Source of the DNA: Octopus vulgaris
Lineage: Eukaryota
Direction of reading: 5' to 3'
Length of the DNA: 64,000 nucleotides
Assembly: GCA_951406725.2 (NCBI GenBank)
Contig: OX597822.1
Span: 108,562,001-108,626,000 of the forward strand
Made by a program: the position numbers and the translations under genes
Part shown: positions 14,817 through 27,935 of the stretch, piece after piece
Layout: each line of letters begins with the position of its first letter
How positions within the stretch are numbered: position 1 is the first letter of the stretch
Notes under the pieces: generated by a model
What the model saw: only the letters and a program-made list of their open reading frames with translations
Databases searched by the model: none
Told to the model about the DNA's origin: nothing

Positions 14817-15260
14817 GGCGCAGGAGTGGCTGTGTGGTAAGTAGCTTGCTAACCAAAAAAAAAAGTTCCGGGTTCAGTCCCACTGCGTGGCATCTTGGGC
14901 AAGTGTCTTCTGCTATAGCCCCGGGCCGACCAATGCCTTGTGAGTGGATTTGGTAGACGGAAACTGAAAGAAGCCTGTCGTATATATGTATATATATATA
15001 TGTATATATATATATGTATATATATATATATGTATATGTGTGTTTGTGTGTGTGTGTTTGTCCCTCTAGCATTGCTTGACAACCGATGCTGGTGTGTTTA
15101 GGTCCCCGTCACTTAGCGGTTCGGCAAAAGAGACCGATAGAATAAGTACTGGGCTTACAAAGAATAAGTCCCGGGGTCGATTTGCTCGACTAAAAGCGGT
15201 GCTCCAGCATGGCCGCAGTCAAATGACTGAAACAAGTAAAAGAGTAAAAGAGTAAAAGAG
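14817..15260 (+). mobile_element. tRNA-derived SINE family A, full length
   Basis: Box A tggctgtgtggt, box B gggttcagtccc, CORE-like cttgggcaagtg, internal microsatellite, 3' stem-loop cagtc-aaat-gactg and (GTAAAAGA)n tail. Confidence 0.95.
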
Positions 15261-16605
15261 ATATTTGTTTACATACAGATGTGGAAATATATAAGCAGTT
15301 GATCGATTGTTTTGAATGAATTTTACTCAGTGGAATAAGATTATGTGAGTGATGGGATGAGGAATGAAAAGGTTAGGTTGATTTCGGTGATCGATCACGA
15401 ATGCTAGCTATAATTTGGACTACCATAGTATTAATCGAAGTTATGGAGCGAAGTTGAACCGAAGCACGTATTAGATACAACGCCCCAAAATATGAACGGA
15501 CACGTCGGCGTATTTACAGACATATTGCTTAAGTCAAACTGAGACTGTTGTAGAGGACACTTACCAAACCTGCCACACATACTAAAGATTTATTCACATA
15601 TCACTTCCTATTAAGCAGAAATCTTAGTAACTTACTCAAGCCTTCTCCTGTAACATAAAAGTATTGCGTTGCAAAATTTCTTTTCGTCTACGTTGTCTCA
15701 GTCGCAAGTTTAAGTAGATTATTTCGAAGGTCTAATATATGGTCAGAAACCTATATTGAATATTCTGAAGCTAGAGGTTTTGTATCTTAACCATTCAGTC
15801 GATACTGTTTATTATTATTCACGTGTACGACGAAATCAAATATGATGACTTAATTTAAAAGAATATTGGTAAATTTAGATTCGTAATCTTAGTTCATTAT
15901 CTTAACGATAATGAAATATAACGAATAGTGTAGTTATGGATATGACACGGCAATATATAATAAGAAAACGGTAAATGTTGCTTTCCTGCTCAAGGAGGTG
16001 CTTATGTGACTTGCAGTGAATAAGTGTATGGTTTTTAAGTAGTGAATGCCATTATCCAAAATTGGATTTCATTTCATAAATCAAATACATAATGACAAAC
16101 TGAGGATTTCTTTTCGCTAGGTTTAGCAGGAATAAAAACGCAAAAGTGGGTGCGCTCATATTCGTTGACAGTGAGAAGCTATTTATATGGGTTGAGTTAG
16201 ATAACTGGAAATAAGTTCACAAGGAATAAAGATTTGCAAAAAGAATATATAACCATTTTCCTTTTAATACCCACTATAAATCCATTACTTATAATGAAGA
16301 GAGCGAAAAACAATGGAAATAGAAAAATAATGATAAATCAATCAGAAACAAAAGATAACAATGAGAAAATTTTAAAAAAAAGGAATGGACACAGACGATA
16401 TTACATGTGACGAACGAAACAAATGAAAACAAAAATAAATAAATTAAACCTCACCACTCATCTGCTTGTATGTATGGGTGCAGATCTTTATGTATGTATA
16501 ATATAGGTAGGTAGCTAGCTACCTTTATATGAATCCACCTGTATAAATAAATATCTATATCTATATGAATATATATATATACATATATACATACATATGT
16601 ATATT

Positions 16606-16646
<41 letters not shown>

Positions 16647-16648
<2 letters not shown>

Positions 16649-18000
16649 GGAACTGATCTCAAAACACCTCGACCTAGCGGCTTCCCTCCACTCCCACATA
16701 CACGACACTAATCATGCTCTCCGTCTTTTCAACTCATTCTCTCCTCCACTTGGCCTCTTTAAACTTCTCTTCACTCTTCATATCAGGAGTTTATATTCGG
16801 TGATACCAACTACCAACCTGACATTTCACACTTTTACGTCGTTCTCGCACTCAACTGCTTCCCGTTCGCGAGGGAGCTTTACCAACAGAGCTCGGGTGTT
16901 GCCATGGGAAAGATAATGGGCCCAACTATGCGAAACTGTTCGTTGGCTACGTTGTAGGCCAAATACTTTCAAGACTCACTGATCCCACTCTCAAAGTATA
17001 CGGTCGTCCTATAAATGACTATGTCATTGCGACCTCGCTCTCCCGCGAACAACTAGACTATTTCTTCTCTTTTGCCCAATTCTCCCATCCTGCACACGAA
17101 TTCTCCTGCACCATATCCAACACTTCCGTCGAATTTATCGACATTTCGTTCAACATACACAACTCCCTTCTCTCTACCACCATCCACTACAAACACACCA
17201 ATCCACACTCATACCTCAACTTCGCCTCCTATCATCCTAGCCACACCATGCTCGCCATACCCTACACTTAATTTCTGCATCTGCGCAGGCTCTGCAGTGA
17301 CAATCATGACTTTAAGACTCAAATCATGGCTCAACACTTCATCCTTCATGAATATTCCCTCACCACTATCTACACCGCCCTTGCCAGAGCACGCTCCATG
17401 AACCGTGCTTCTGCTCTCTCTCTCCTCGTACCCCCTCCCCGCTGTTGCGCGTGTTCTGTTTGTCATCACTTACCACTCCTCCACCCTACCCCTCCAACGC
17501 ATCATTCTCCGAGCCTTCCGGCGGCTCCAGTGCGATCCACTCAATTCGCACATTTTCCCCAAACTACTCCTTCCCTCCTTCAAGTTGCCCACAACCTATT
17601 GATCTCCTAACCCATAATTTCGTCCCTAACTCTACTTCCTACACCTGGCTCGGTCCACTGCACCCACCCACGCTTCCACAGTTGCCCCTACCTCTCTAAC
17701 ACTACCATCCTAACAGGCACCCTTCATCGGCCCAACCATATCCCTTGCCCTTTACCTGTATTTCGAGCAACGTCATTTACTACATCTCCTGCTCTTTCTG
17801 CCCTTCTCTGTCCATCGGTCAAACGGGAAGCCGTTTGGCTGACAGGATCGCGTAGAACCTCCAAGATATTGGGTTCGGCAATGACACCTGGGTCTCGCTT
17901 TATTTTTGCTCCGTCGGTCATTCGTTACAAAACCTGTCTGTGTTCGGATTGTGTTCTTTATTATCTCTCCTTCTTCCTAGCTCCCCTCTCTGCCCAGGTA
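16647..18000 (+). pseudogene. Penelope-like element RT + GIY-YIG endonuclease remnant
   Basis: Across frameshifts: SLYSVIP, YQQSSGVAMG..MGPNYAKLFVG, TTIHYKHTNPHSYLNFASYHPSH, AIPY..FLHLRRLCSD, FVITYH, FTC..SSNVIYYISCSFCPSLSIGQTGSRLADR. These are PLE RT thumb and GIY-YIG motifs. Confidence 0.92.
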
Positions 18001-18165
18001 TCGAAACTATAATGCTAGCCGCAGCTGGTGATGGAGGTATGTTGGATTTTTGATATGGTTTTCTATATGTGGAGTAGTATTATAACACATCATTTTGATA
18101 TATATATATATATATATATATAAGCGCATTGTGACGAATGCAATCAATGGAGAAGTTAAACAAAG

Positions 18166-18219
<54 letters not shown>

Positions 18220-18222
<3 letters not shown>

Positions 18223-18630
18223 CATTAATCAGATCAGCTTTTCTCTTTTATTTCTTAATATTTAGGACTTGATAGATATTTTCCAATAATATAATTGAAC
18301 AAATACATGACAATATACATTAAAACGATTGCATAAAACTATATTGATATCTCTCCATCGAGCAAGAGGTTTGAAGATGAATAATGATGCAAAAATATTC
18401 CCGTCATCTCTAGTTGGGGAAGGATTACTACCACCCTCACCAATCATTTTCCATCTCCAGCAAACTCTGATTAAGTGAACCCAGTTTTCTGTATTTCCAA
18501 AAAAACAACAAAAAAAACTAAAAAAACAGGGATTTTTTTAGAAAGAATGTTAAATCTCTACATTGAAGTAAACAATTATTGTTTTCTCTGTTTGAAGACC
18601 TTCAAACTATACTTCGACATATACACATAA
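18220..18630 (+). repeat. About 410-bp dispersed/local duplication, copy 2
   Basis: Co-linear with 10557-10970. Confidence 0.9.
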
Positions 18631-18884
18631 AAATATTATTTACCTGTTGTGATTGTTTTGCATTTTGATGTTGTATAATATATTGCAAAAACATCTATGA
18701 AGATCTTACTCGTATGATATAAAAGAAAAGAGACACATTTAATTAAAATATAGATTTTTAAGTGTTTGAATTTTCATTTGATTTCATACATCAATACCGT
18801 ACTACGCTAGATAATATCTGACAAAATAATTTAATACCAACATATGTAATTTTATATAAAAATATTTAAATGTATAAATATATG

Positions 18885-18885
<1 letters not shown>

Positions 18886-18959
<74 letters not shown>

Positions 18960-19035
18960 TTTAGTTTTATTATTATTAATATTATTATTATTATCATCAT
19001 CATCATCATCATCATTATTATTATTATTATTATTT
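18886..19035. repeat. (TTA)n microsatellite (3' flank/tail of RLE LINE)
   Basis: Direct observation. Confidence 0.95.
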
Positions 19036-19039
19036 TTTT

Positions 19040-19943
19040 TTTTTCTTCTTTCAAATTTGCATCCATTTCTTGCCGAGTGTCTTCCCGACTCCTAGGGCAA
19101 AGAAACTCATAGTATACATTGGTAGGCCATTAAACCAAACTCAGTAGTTCGTTAATTTTTTTTTTTAAAGTTAAATTTAAATTAAAATACATGAGCAGCA
19201 ACAGTTCTCACATCGACAATGCTCTTCTCAAATACGTGTGATGTACCAGTTAAGACAATCTTTTGCACTTCTTGCAGGGATGGTAAGCCAGGGATCATTC
19301 TCATATAATTTTCGGTTCCCTTCTTGATCATTCCTAGTGCTCCTACGATCACTCGTATTGTAACCGCCTTGAGATGCCACATTTTCTCAATTTCAATGAG
19401 AAGGTCTTTATATTTTCAGAGCTTGTCAAACTCTTTCGCTGAGATATTATGATCACAGGGGATGCTCATGTCGATCAATAAGCAAACTTTATTGTTTTGG
19501 TCTTTCACAACAATATCTGGTTTATTGGCCTTGATGGTTCGGTCTGTATGTACTGGAAAGTCCCACAGAATGGTTACAATTTCTGCTTCCGTTACAGCCT
19601 CAGGGTGGTGATTATACCACTTGTCGGCAGTTTTGATATTGTAATGCCGACTTATTAGCCAGTGGAGATATTGGCCAAGTCTGTCATGCCTTAATTTATA
19701 CTCCACTGGTGCTAAGACTTTACATCCAGAGATTAGGTGGTCCACTGTTTCAATCATGTCGTTGCAGAATCGGCATTTTGGGTCTGCTCCATTTTTCATC
19801 ACATTGGCCTGGTAGTTCCGGGTTAATAGGCTTTGATCTTGAGCAGCCAGGATGAAACCTTCGCTCTCTGCTTTTAGCCCTGAGCTCCGTAGCCACTGAT
19901 GGGTTTGCTTCTGGTCAACATCAGCTTGTTTGCTGCGGGTCAC
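19040..19943 (-). mobile_element. R4/Dong-like RLE non-LTR retrotransposon, 3' fragment (frameshifted)
   Basis: ORFs 19416-19943 and 19182-19382: AAQDQ, CRFC..ETVDHLISGC zinc knuckle, RHD, ILWDF..TDR..NKPDIVV..LIDMSIP (PD-(D/E)xK RLE), IVGALG, QKIVLTGTSH. Embedded in (TAA)n on both sides. Confidence 0.93.
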
Positions 19944-20010
19944 ATATTATTATTATTATCATTATTATTATTATCATTATTATTATTATCATTATTATTA
20001 TTATTATTAA

Positions 20011-20097
<87 letters not shown>

Positions 20098-20104
20098 CAT
20101 TATT

Positions 20105-20168
<64 letters not shown>
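19944..20168. repeat. (TTA)n microsatellite
   Basis: Direct observation. Confidence 0.98.
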
Positions 20169-20169
20169 C

Positions 20170-21145
20170 TTCATAACACAGTGGAGGTAAAATTACACCG
20201 GAGTCTTTAGTCATCTCTCAAGTCGTAACACATACCTCAGATAGATAATATACTTTCCGTAATATGTGCGCTGTGCCCAATAAGATATCTCCTTGCAAGA
20301 CATTAATCTTCCATGGGTTTTCCAGTTGCTTTAAAGTTTTGACGTTTCAATGGGATTGAGCCCAACGCTCAGATCACCACTGTTCTCACATTTACATTAC
20401 CCTCTCGCATGCCATACTATCTTGCCCTTTCCAATTTCAATTCAGAGTAATTGGTGATTTTTTTCAACATCTTTACTCAGAACAATCATGCCATTTGGTA
20501 TGGATGCACCAATGATCTGACACTATTTGTCTATCTTATTCAATATTACAATACCCCGTCGACGGTGCTCGATTGCACGATCCGTCAGAAAATCATAGTC
20601 CCAAAGTATCGTTGTTTTTCCATCCGCCTGCATAACTTTACTTGGTATTTGCTCATACCAGTTGTCTGTTATTTCATATTCGCATTTACGGCATAAGACC
20701 CAATGAAGATACACGCACACTTTATCGTGGCGGCGCTCATTTTCTTTTTGTACAAGGCTGTCACATCAATTTACCAAGTGGGTCACATTTTCAACAACTT
20801 TTTCCACAGACTCTCCATTTCTGGTTTTCAGAAGTTTTATAGATGTTACATTCCACTGAATTGGTAGAGAGAGCCTGGTCTTGTGCAGCAAGGATCAGGC
20901 TTTCGTAGGTACGCTTCGAATCATCTCGCTCCAACTATACCCGCGATGCTGCATTATCCTTAACCTCTTGTGTATCCTCTCAACCTTTCCATGCATTCTC
21001 ATTTCATGAAGGTCTTCTTTTCTCTTCTACTAAGCTCTTTGTGTAAACACTTCTATGCCCATCTGCATTTACGCCCATATCTTTCGCGGCATATAGCAGC
21101 AGGTTTTCATCACTAATTATCAAATATTCGGCAACTGTTCTCCTT
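20170..21145 (-). mobile_element. Second, older R4/Dong-like RLE LINE 3' fragment
   Basis: Minus frames: LILAAQDQALST, WYEQIP..TILWDYDFLTDRAIEHRR..IVIL, LLGTAHILRK. Confidence 0.85.
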
Positions 21146-21244
21146 TCAGTCCTTATACAATGGTCTATTTATTTCTCTGCCACTATTCTTTCTTCCATAT
21201 ACAGTCTCGTCCCCTGCCACCATCCTTTCTTTACATATTATCAT

Positions 21245-21380
21245 TCTTCTTCTTCTTCTTCTTCTTCTTCTTCTTCTTCTTCTTCTTCTTCTTCTTCTTC
21301 TTCTTCTTCTTCTTCTTCTTCTTCTTCTTCTTCTTCTTCTTTTATTATTATTATCATTATTATTATTATTATTATTATTA

Positions 21381-21418
<38 letters not shown>
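21245..21418. repeat. (TTC)n-(TTA)n compound microsatellite
   Basis: Direct observation. Confidence 0.97.
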
Positions 21419-21715
21419 GAGTGAGAGAGCAGTGCATGCCATCAAAGTGACACTGAGGTAAAATATACGACGCCCAGTATAGCCGTCATGATTACCCGAT
21501 TGATAAGGGTACACCAGGTGCATGCATCACAACCATATGTGCGCGAGTTAGTGATCCGATGTCAAGATAAACAGCGCATGAACTTGCAGGTGGGGCCCAG
21601 TTAGAATTTTCTTCAGGTCGTGTAGCCCATCCCGCTCAAAGGGTTCCCGAATAAGGATTGTTTAAGAATGTTGAACGAGCCACCCATGTTTCCAAAGGTG
21701 AATTATCCAATAGCC
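21419..21715 (-). mobile_element. Unclassified interspersed repeat end attached to (TAA)n
   Basis: GC-richer block abutting a (TTA)n tract, in the same geometry as the RLE LINE tails. No protein motif recognised. Confidence 0.4.
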
Positions 21716-22029
21716 AATACATGAGAAGACAGAATGCATACCCGCGAAACGACAAATAATTTCTACGTTTTCTGATGAAAATAATATAGTTGATTACGAT
21801 AAACGTAAATGTAAATGAGAAATGTCAAATTTCTGTTACGATAAATACATCGCGGAAGAGATACAATATACATAATGAGTAATAAATGTCATTAGTAGGC
21901 GAGCTGAAAGACGGAAACGAAATGAGTTATCAGAAGGCGTATGTAATCCGTCAAACTACAATGGAAGGAAACAGCTAAGGAAGGCAGAGCTAGAGAGAGA
22001 GGACAAAGAAAATATCATAGGCATAGATA

Positions 22030-22195
22030 GGCACAGGAGTAGCTGTGTGGTAAGTAGCTTGCTAACCAACCACATGGTTCCGGGTTCAGTCCCACTGCGT
22101 GGCAACTTGGGCAAGTGTCTTCTGCTATAGCCCCGGGCCGACCAAAACACTTGTGAGTGGATTTAGTAGACGGAAACTGAAAGAAGCCTGTCGTA

Positions 22196-22229
<34 letters not shown>

Positions 22230-22452
22230 TATGTGTGTGTGTTTCTGTGTCTGTGTTTGTCCCCCTAGCATTGCTTGACAACCGATGCTGGTGTGTTTAT
22301 GTCCCCGTAAATTAGCGGTTCGGCAAAAGAGACCGATAGAATATGCACTGGGCTTACAAAGAATAAGTCCCGGGGTCGATTTGCTCGACTAAAGGCGGTG
22401 CTCCAGCATGGCCGCAGTCAAATGACTGAAGCCAGTAAAAGAGTAAAAGAGT
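22030..22452 (+). mobile_element. SINE family A, full length
   Basis: Near-identical to 14817-15260. Confidence 0.95.
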
Positions 22453-22489
22453 ATAGATGCAGACGAAGAGGCATGACTGTCGAAATGCA

Positions 22490-22528
<39 letters not shown>

Positions 22529-24751
22529 GGTTATGTAATCAAGATATATAAGTGATTGGTGAGTTAGCTTATAAGTATTTGAATATGCATGTTGAACGTT
22601 ACTCTCAGTTGAGAAATAGGGTGCCATAAGTAGACAAAACAGGACTTTAAATCATTCTTATAATACATCTGATAGGCTTTTAAACAGATTCCGTCTCGTC
22701 TGCCTACTATCACACAATAAACTTAGATTGGCCCGAATGACATGCGTCCGCTTTGCCAGTCTATTGGTTCGATCCAAAACTCTTATGATAGTGAAGTTAG
22801 TATGCCCATTCCTTTACCGCATACACACGGGCATATCCTCAAACACACACATAAACACACACGTCTACAGCTCTATCTGCGAACAAGATTAATGAGTACG
22901 TGATTATTTCTACCTTCCTATATTTCTGTAAATATGTACTGGTATTGGTATTGAAACGTTTTATCTGATATCACTTTCTGAAACACCGTTGAGTTATTAT
23001 ATTTATTGTTATGCTTATATTTTTATTTTGCATTTCACTTTCTCCTTTATCTTTTACAAGCGAGTTGAAATCATTCCTAGACAAATCTACTTAAAGCAAG
23101 ACAGATTAGTGTTCTTAAGTCGATTAAAAGGAAAATGTTCGTAAGTCGATTAAAAGGAAAACATGATAAAATCTATCAATATATGAAATTAATCATTTTT
23201 GTGCATTTCCGTCTAAAATTAGAAAATAGCTAGAGAGAAGATATTTAATTTTTTCTTCCTGGTTGAAAAATTTGAAGATGTTTTGATCATTTAACTAAAA
23301 TTAGTTTATATGAGCGATATATAGTTGGTCAATTTAATCATAATATATAAATGAAAATAAAATCTACTTATAGTGTGTTTGTGCCTAGTGAATGCGATGA
23401 TACAATTATCGGTAAACAGTAGTAATGCATCTTAATTTAAAAAGCAGAAATTTTATCCAATATTGACTCTCCTGAATATCATTTACAGACACTGTATTTT
23501 GAAAGACAAATTGTCAATTTGTCTTAACTGTATACAAAAATGCTTAGTGTGTGATTTGTTGAATATGTTATTTGGCTGCTGCTTCTATCAGTTGTAACGA
23601 CCCAGAACTAATTGTACACCTTCCGCTTTGCACACAGCTTCTGATATTTATTCACGATAGTTTGTGATTGAGCAGCCGAAAGATTAAAATGTTTTCAACA
23701 GTGACCATCTTGTTTTCTTTCTTTTTTTTTATTTTATGCAGGAAATGCAGTAAAGATTTTCAACTATTCATCTTCAATTTTCTATGGCTGTAAAAAGAGA
23801 TTTAAAAGAGATTAAGTTATTATAATTTGCAATTGGATTCGATTGACAGCATAGTCCATCTTTCTTATACTCACAGAATAAATAGTGCAAAGTATTTGAA
23901 CATTTTGTATTACATGTCGGTATCAACATACAATATAAATACATCATAGATTATAACTGGAACTTGATGGTACAAAACCCCAGTAACTACCTTCAATTTG
24001 TGATTTCGTTTATTTCCAGTATAAAGAATACTAGCCTCATAAAAATGCTTTCATGTTCAAATTTCATATCAGAATTCATTAAACAATACACAAGTATTAC
24101 CCATTATATGACGAGTACGCTAGAATTATAAATTTGCCTCACTGGGCAATATTAGACAATACCTCATGCATCCAGAAACTATATTTTATGTCTATTGAAC
24201 TTCATGATACTTTAAACAATGGAATTAAGAGTAATTTTCAAGAAGAATTTTTTTTCATTAATTTCAACTAAATTACGTAAAAATATTTCTCATTTTTATA
24301 TCTCCTACCCTAACGACATTTCCATTTGCAGACTCTTTTTCCCTCAGCCTATCCTCAACCCTTGTATGTCCTCTCATACTGTACCTCTCATGTTATCCCA
24401 TTGTGTGTCTCTCATTTACACACTCTCTCTTTTGCTCTGTATACGACGTAAAGCGTTATCGGAACATTCGACCAGCCACTTACTGGAGAATCAACCAATT
24501 GAGCAACCAACATTTATAGCGGCCATTATTATACAAATTAATATAATTGGCAATAAATTAATGCTACTCCATGACGATTAGCAATAATGTCGGTTTTGAT
24601 TATCATTTTAATCAATTTAATTACGACTAGATTTTAATGACACATACAATATAAATAAGTGGGTTGTAACAATTATTTCTGATTCTATATTATAAACATA
24701 CATTCATACATATAGGAATGCACTATGTATATGCATCCATCCATCCATGCA

Positions 24752-24813
<62 letters not shown>

Positions 24814-24910
24814 GGTGCGTGTGTATGTGTCTGTGTGTGCGTGCGTGTGTGTGTGTGTTGCAAACAAGAGAGTAAATTTCGAACGTAGTAGAGCTGTAAG
24901 AAGACGAGAT

Positions 24911-24986
24911 AAAGATTGGGTATTTACCCTTATAAAGCGGAAATTGTTGTCAAGAGGTAATTTATAAGGCTAAATACCCAATCTTT
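24911..24986. repeat. 76-nt inverted repeat (26-bp arms, 1 mismatch)
   Basis: aaagattgggtatttacccttataaa ... tttataaggctaaatacccaatcttt. Confidence 0.9.
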
Positions 24987-25006
24987 GCTGTACTTACAAC
25001 TCTACT

Positions 25007-25115
25007 CCGTTCAAATTTTACTTTACTTTCTTTTCTGCCAAATACCAACCTCATTCGATGCTGCCATAATTTGCTTATATATAGATTCATACATACCTAT
25101 GTATATATTTATACT

Positions 25116-25174
<59 letters not shown>

Positions 25175-25586
25175 AGTGGAGATTGTAATTGTTTGGCTAA
25201 TACTTATTCACCAATTCACGTGTTTCATTTGCAAATAGGACCAACAATATTGTTTACCTAGTGAGAAACACGTAAGATATCCTGTATACATACCTACACA
25301 TGCGCACGCCTAAACACAAACAAATATGCGTATGTATCTGCGTACATAAATACATATATATTTTGAGGAGTGCATGGCTGTGTGATTGTGTATGAAGTTG
25401 CAGGTTTTAGCTTCCTTTTGTGTACATTTGTTGGTACAATTTCTAAACCGTTGAGCTTCTCGCTGAAATGTCATTTACCGTTCAAATTTTACTTTACTTT
25501 CTTTTCTGCCAAATACCAACCTCATTCGATGCTGCCATAATTTGCTTATATATAGATTCATACATACCTATGTATATATTTATACT

Positions 25587-25653
<67 letters not shown>

Positions 25654-25958
25654 AGTGGAGATTGTAATTGTTTGGCTAATACTTATTCACCAATGCACGT
25701 GTTTCCTTTGCAAATAAGAGCAACAATATTGTTTACCTAGTGAGAAACACGTAAGATATCCTGTATGCATACCTACACATGCGCACGCCTAAACACAAAC
25801 AAATATGCGTATGTACCTGCGTACATAAATACATATATATTTTGAGGAGTGCATGGCTGTGTGCTTGTGTATGTAGTTGCAGGTTTTAGCTTCCTTTTGT
25901 GTACATTTGTTGGTACAATTTCTAAACCGTTGAGCTTCTCGGTGAAATGTCATTTACC
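25007..25958. repeat. Recent tandem duplication, about 471-480 bp x2
   Basis: ccgttcaaattttactttac at 25007 and 25478; both units end gaaatgtcatttaccg. Confidence 0.95.
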
Positions 25959-27559
25959 GGTTATATTTTATCTTTATCCAGATCTTTGTAACTTTGATGA
26001 AATCAGATCTGATTTTGCTGAAAATCTGTTAAGCACACAGCAAAAAATTTCCGAGGTTAGTTATTATATAAAAATCATTTTTTTCTTGAATCACAAATTT
26101 TCAATCAGCATTCTCCAGGATATACCGTGATGGTATATCTTTGAATGGACGATGTTCTATCATATTCTTTATACGACTGTCTCGTATTTCTCGACGTCTT
26201 TTAATTTACATTTCGGAGTTTTTAAATCCTCACCATAGTATAACTTATATAATATAATGTTTTATTCAACATTCATCATCCCGTCAGATAATAGAAATGT
26301 TATTTGACAGATATAAATGACTTCCCATTACATTTGTAGTTTGTTTTTGCGATAAAAGATTTAATTCATTAAAAGTTTTCTTTTGAGGTAAATACACTAT
26401 GTCAATATGTTGAAAGGAGAAAGAAAACTAATATCATTTATAAAGCCTGGCTGTGCTGTTGGCTGTCTTTTAACATGATCATTAAATATCACGAAATTTA
26501 TTTCGATTCATATTAATTTCGATCAATGACAGTTATATATTTTTCTAAATGCTATTGATAACATATTGTCGACAGGATTTATACAATATCTTCTGAAGAT
26601 TATTCTAAGTACTTTTTTTTTATTCTGATGGATAACTTGATCATTGATGAGTAATGACTAAGTATATTCACATGTGTCGCTTTCCGTACATTACTATTCT
26701 CAGTATTCCGTTATGTGTAATTTGAACTTGTAAATTTTGAAATATTTCTTAAGAAATAATAGTAACAGATAAACGTGTTGGACTTATTTAGGCATAGTTA
26801 ATACAAGGTATATAATCATTACCTCCGTCACGACATGAAGCTTGATAATAACTTTGAAATGGAAATTAAGTAATTATAAAGAAAAAGGTAAAAGTAATAC
26901 ACATTTTATTTTATTTTTTAAATTTGTTACGAAGGGTTTTTAAAACTTCCAGAATTTGGTAACAGTATTTAGATTTTTTTAATAAATTGTAAGCGTAGAA
27001 TAATAGAAATAATAGCACATTATTAAGTATTTATTAATATTAATATCCTTAATATCGTTAGCAATCAATATTATATGCAAATATCTGATTTCATTGCACA
27101 TCATTTGCGGGAAGAGCATCTGTTATTTATTTTCAAATTATAGCTTGGTGATATTTAGTAAGGTGTATGAGAACTCGTCACGCAGTCGAAGTATCAATGG
27201 TTGGTCTAATCTGGTTTGAGGGATTAGATATGATTAGCCGCCTCCATTTTTCTCAAATTTCATTTTACAGTTGAATAAGAGACTGTAAATCAAATCATAA
27301 ATATTCCGAAAATGAAACAGAATCTTATTGATGCATTCACTGATAATTTCCTCCTTTGATATAATTTGTGACCAAATTAAAATGTCCCCTACACAGAACT
27401 GAATAATAAAATAATTCTAGTCAGTTTCTGATATTTCCCGTAGTTGAAACAAGCGAAACATTGGAGTTTTGCTCCTCTGCGTGGAAAAATGCTACAGCTA
27501 CATATATCATATTTCGAACACAGTAGATAGATATCGACCTTATTTTCAATTTCCTTTCA

Positions 27560-27769
27560 TCTATTATTCGTTCTAGTTATTGGAGCATAGACATTGTGGA
27601 GTAGCGCCTTCAATTTTTAGTATAATTAATTGATCCCAGTACTTATTTTTTAAACCTGGTACTTATTATATCGATCTCTTTGCCGAACCGCTAAGTTACA
27701 AGGGTGCAAACACACCAACATCGATTGTCATGCTGTGGTGGGAAAACACAAGTACAAAGATACACACAC

Positions 27770-27828
<59 letters not shown>

Positions 27829-27935
27829 CGAGATGCCCCTTCAGTTTCCTCACAAGGCTCTCGTCGGCTCGCGGCTATAGTGGAAAGCCCTTGACGAAGG
27901 TGCTATGCAGGGGGAATGTGGTTTGAAAGCAAGCT
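27560..27935 (-). mobile_element. Degenerate SINE family A
   Basis: gatcccagtacttatt, ctctttgccgaaccgctaag, acaccaacatcgattgtca, cacaaggct..ggctatag. Confidence 0.75.
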
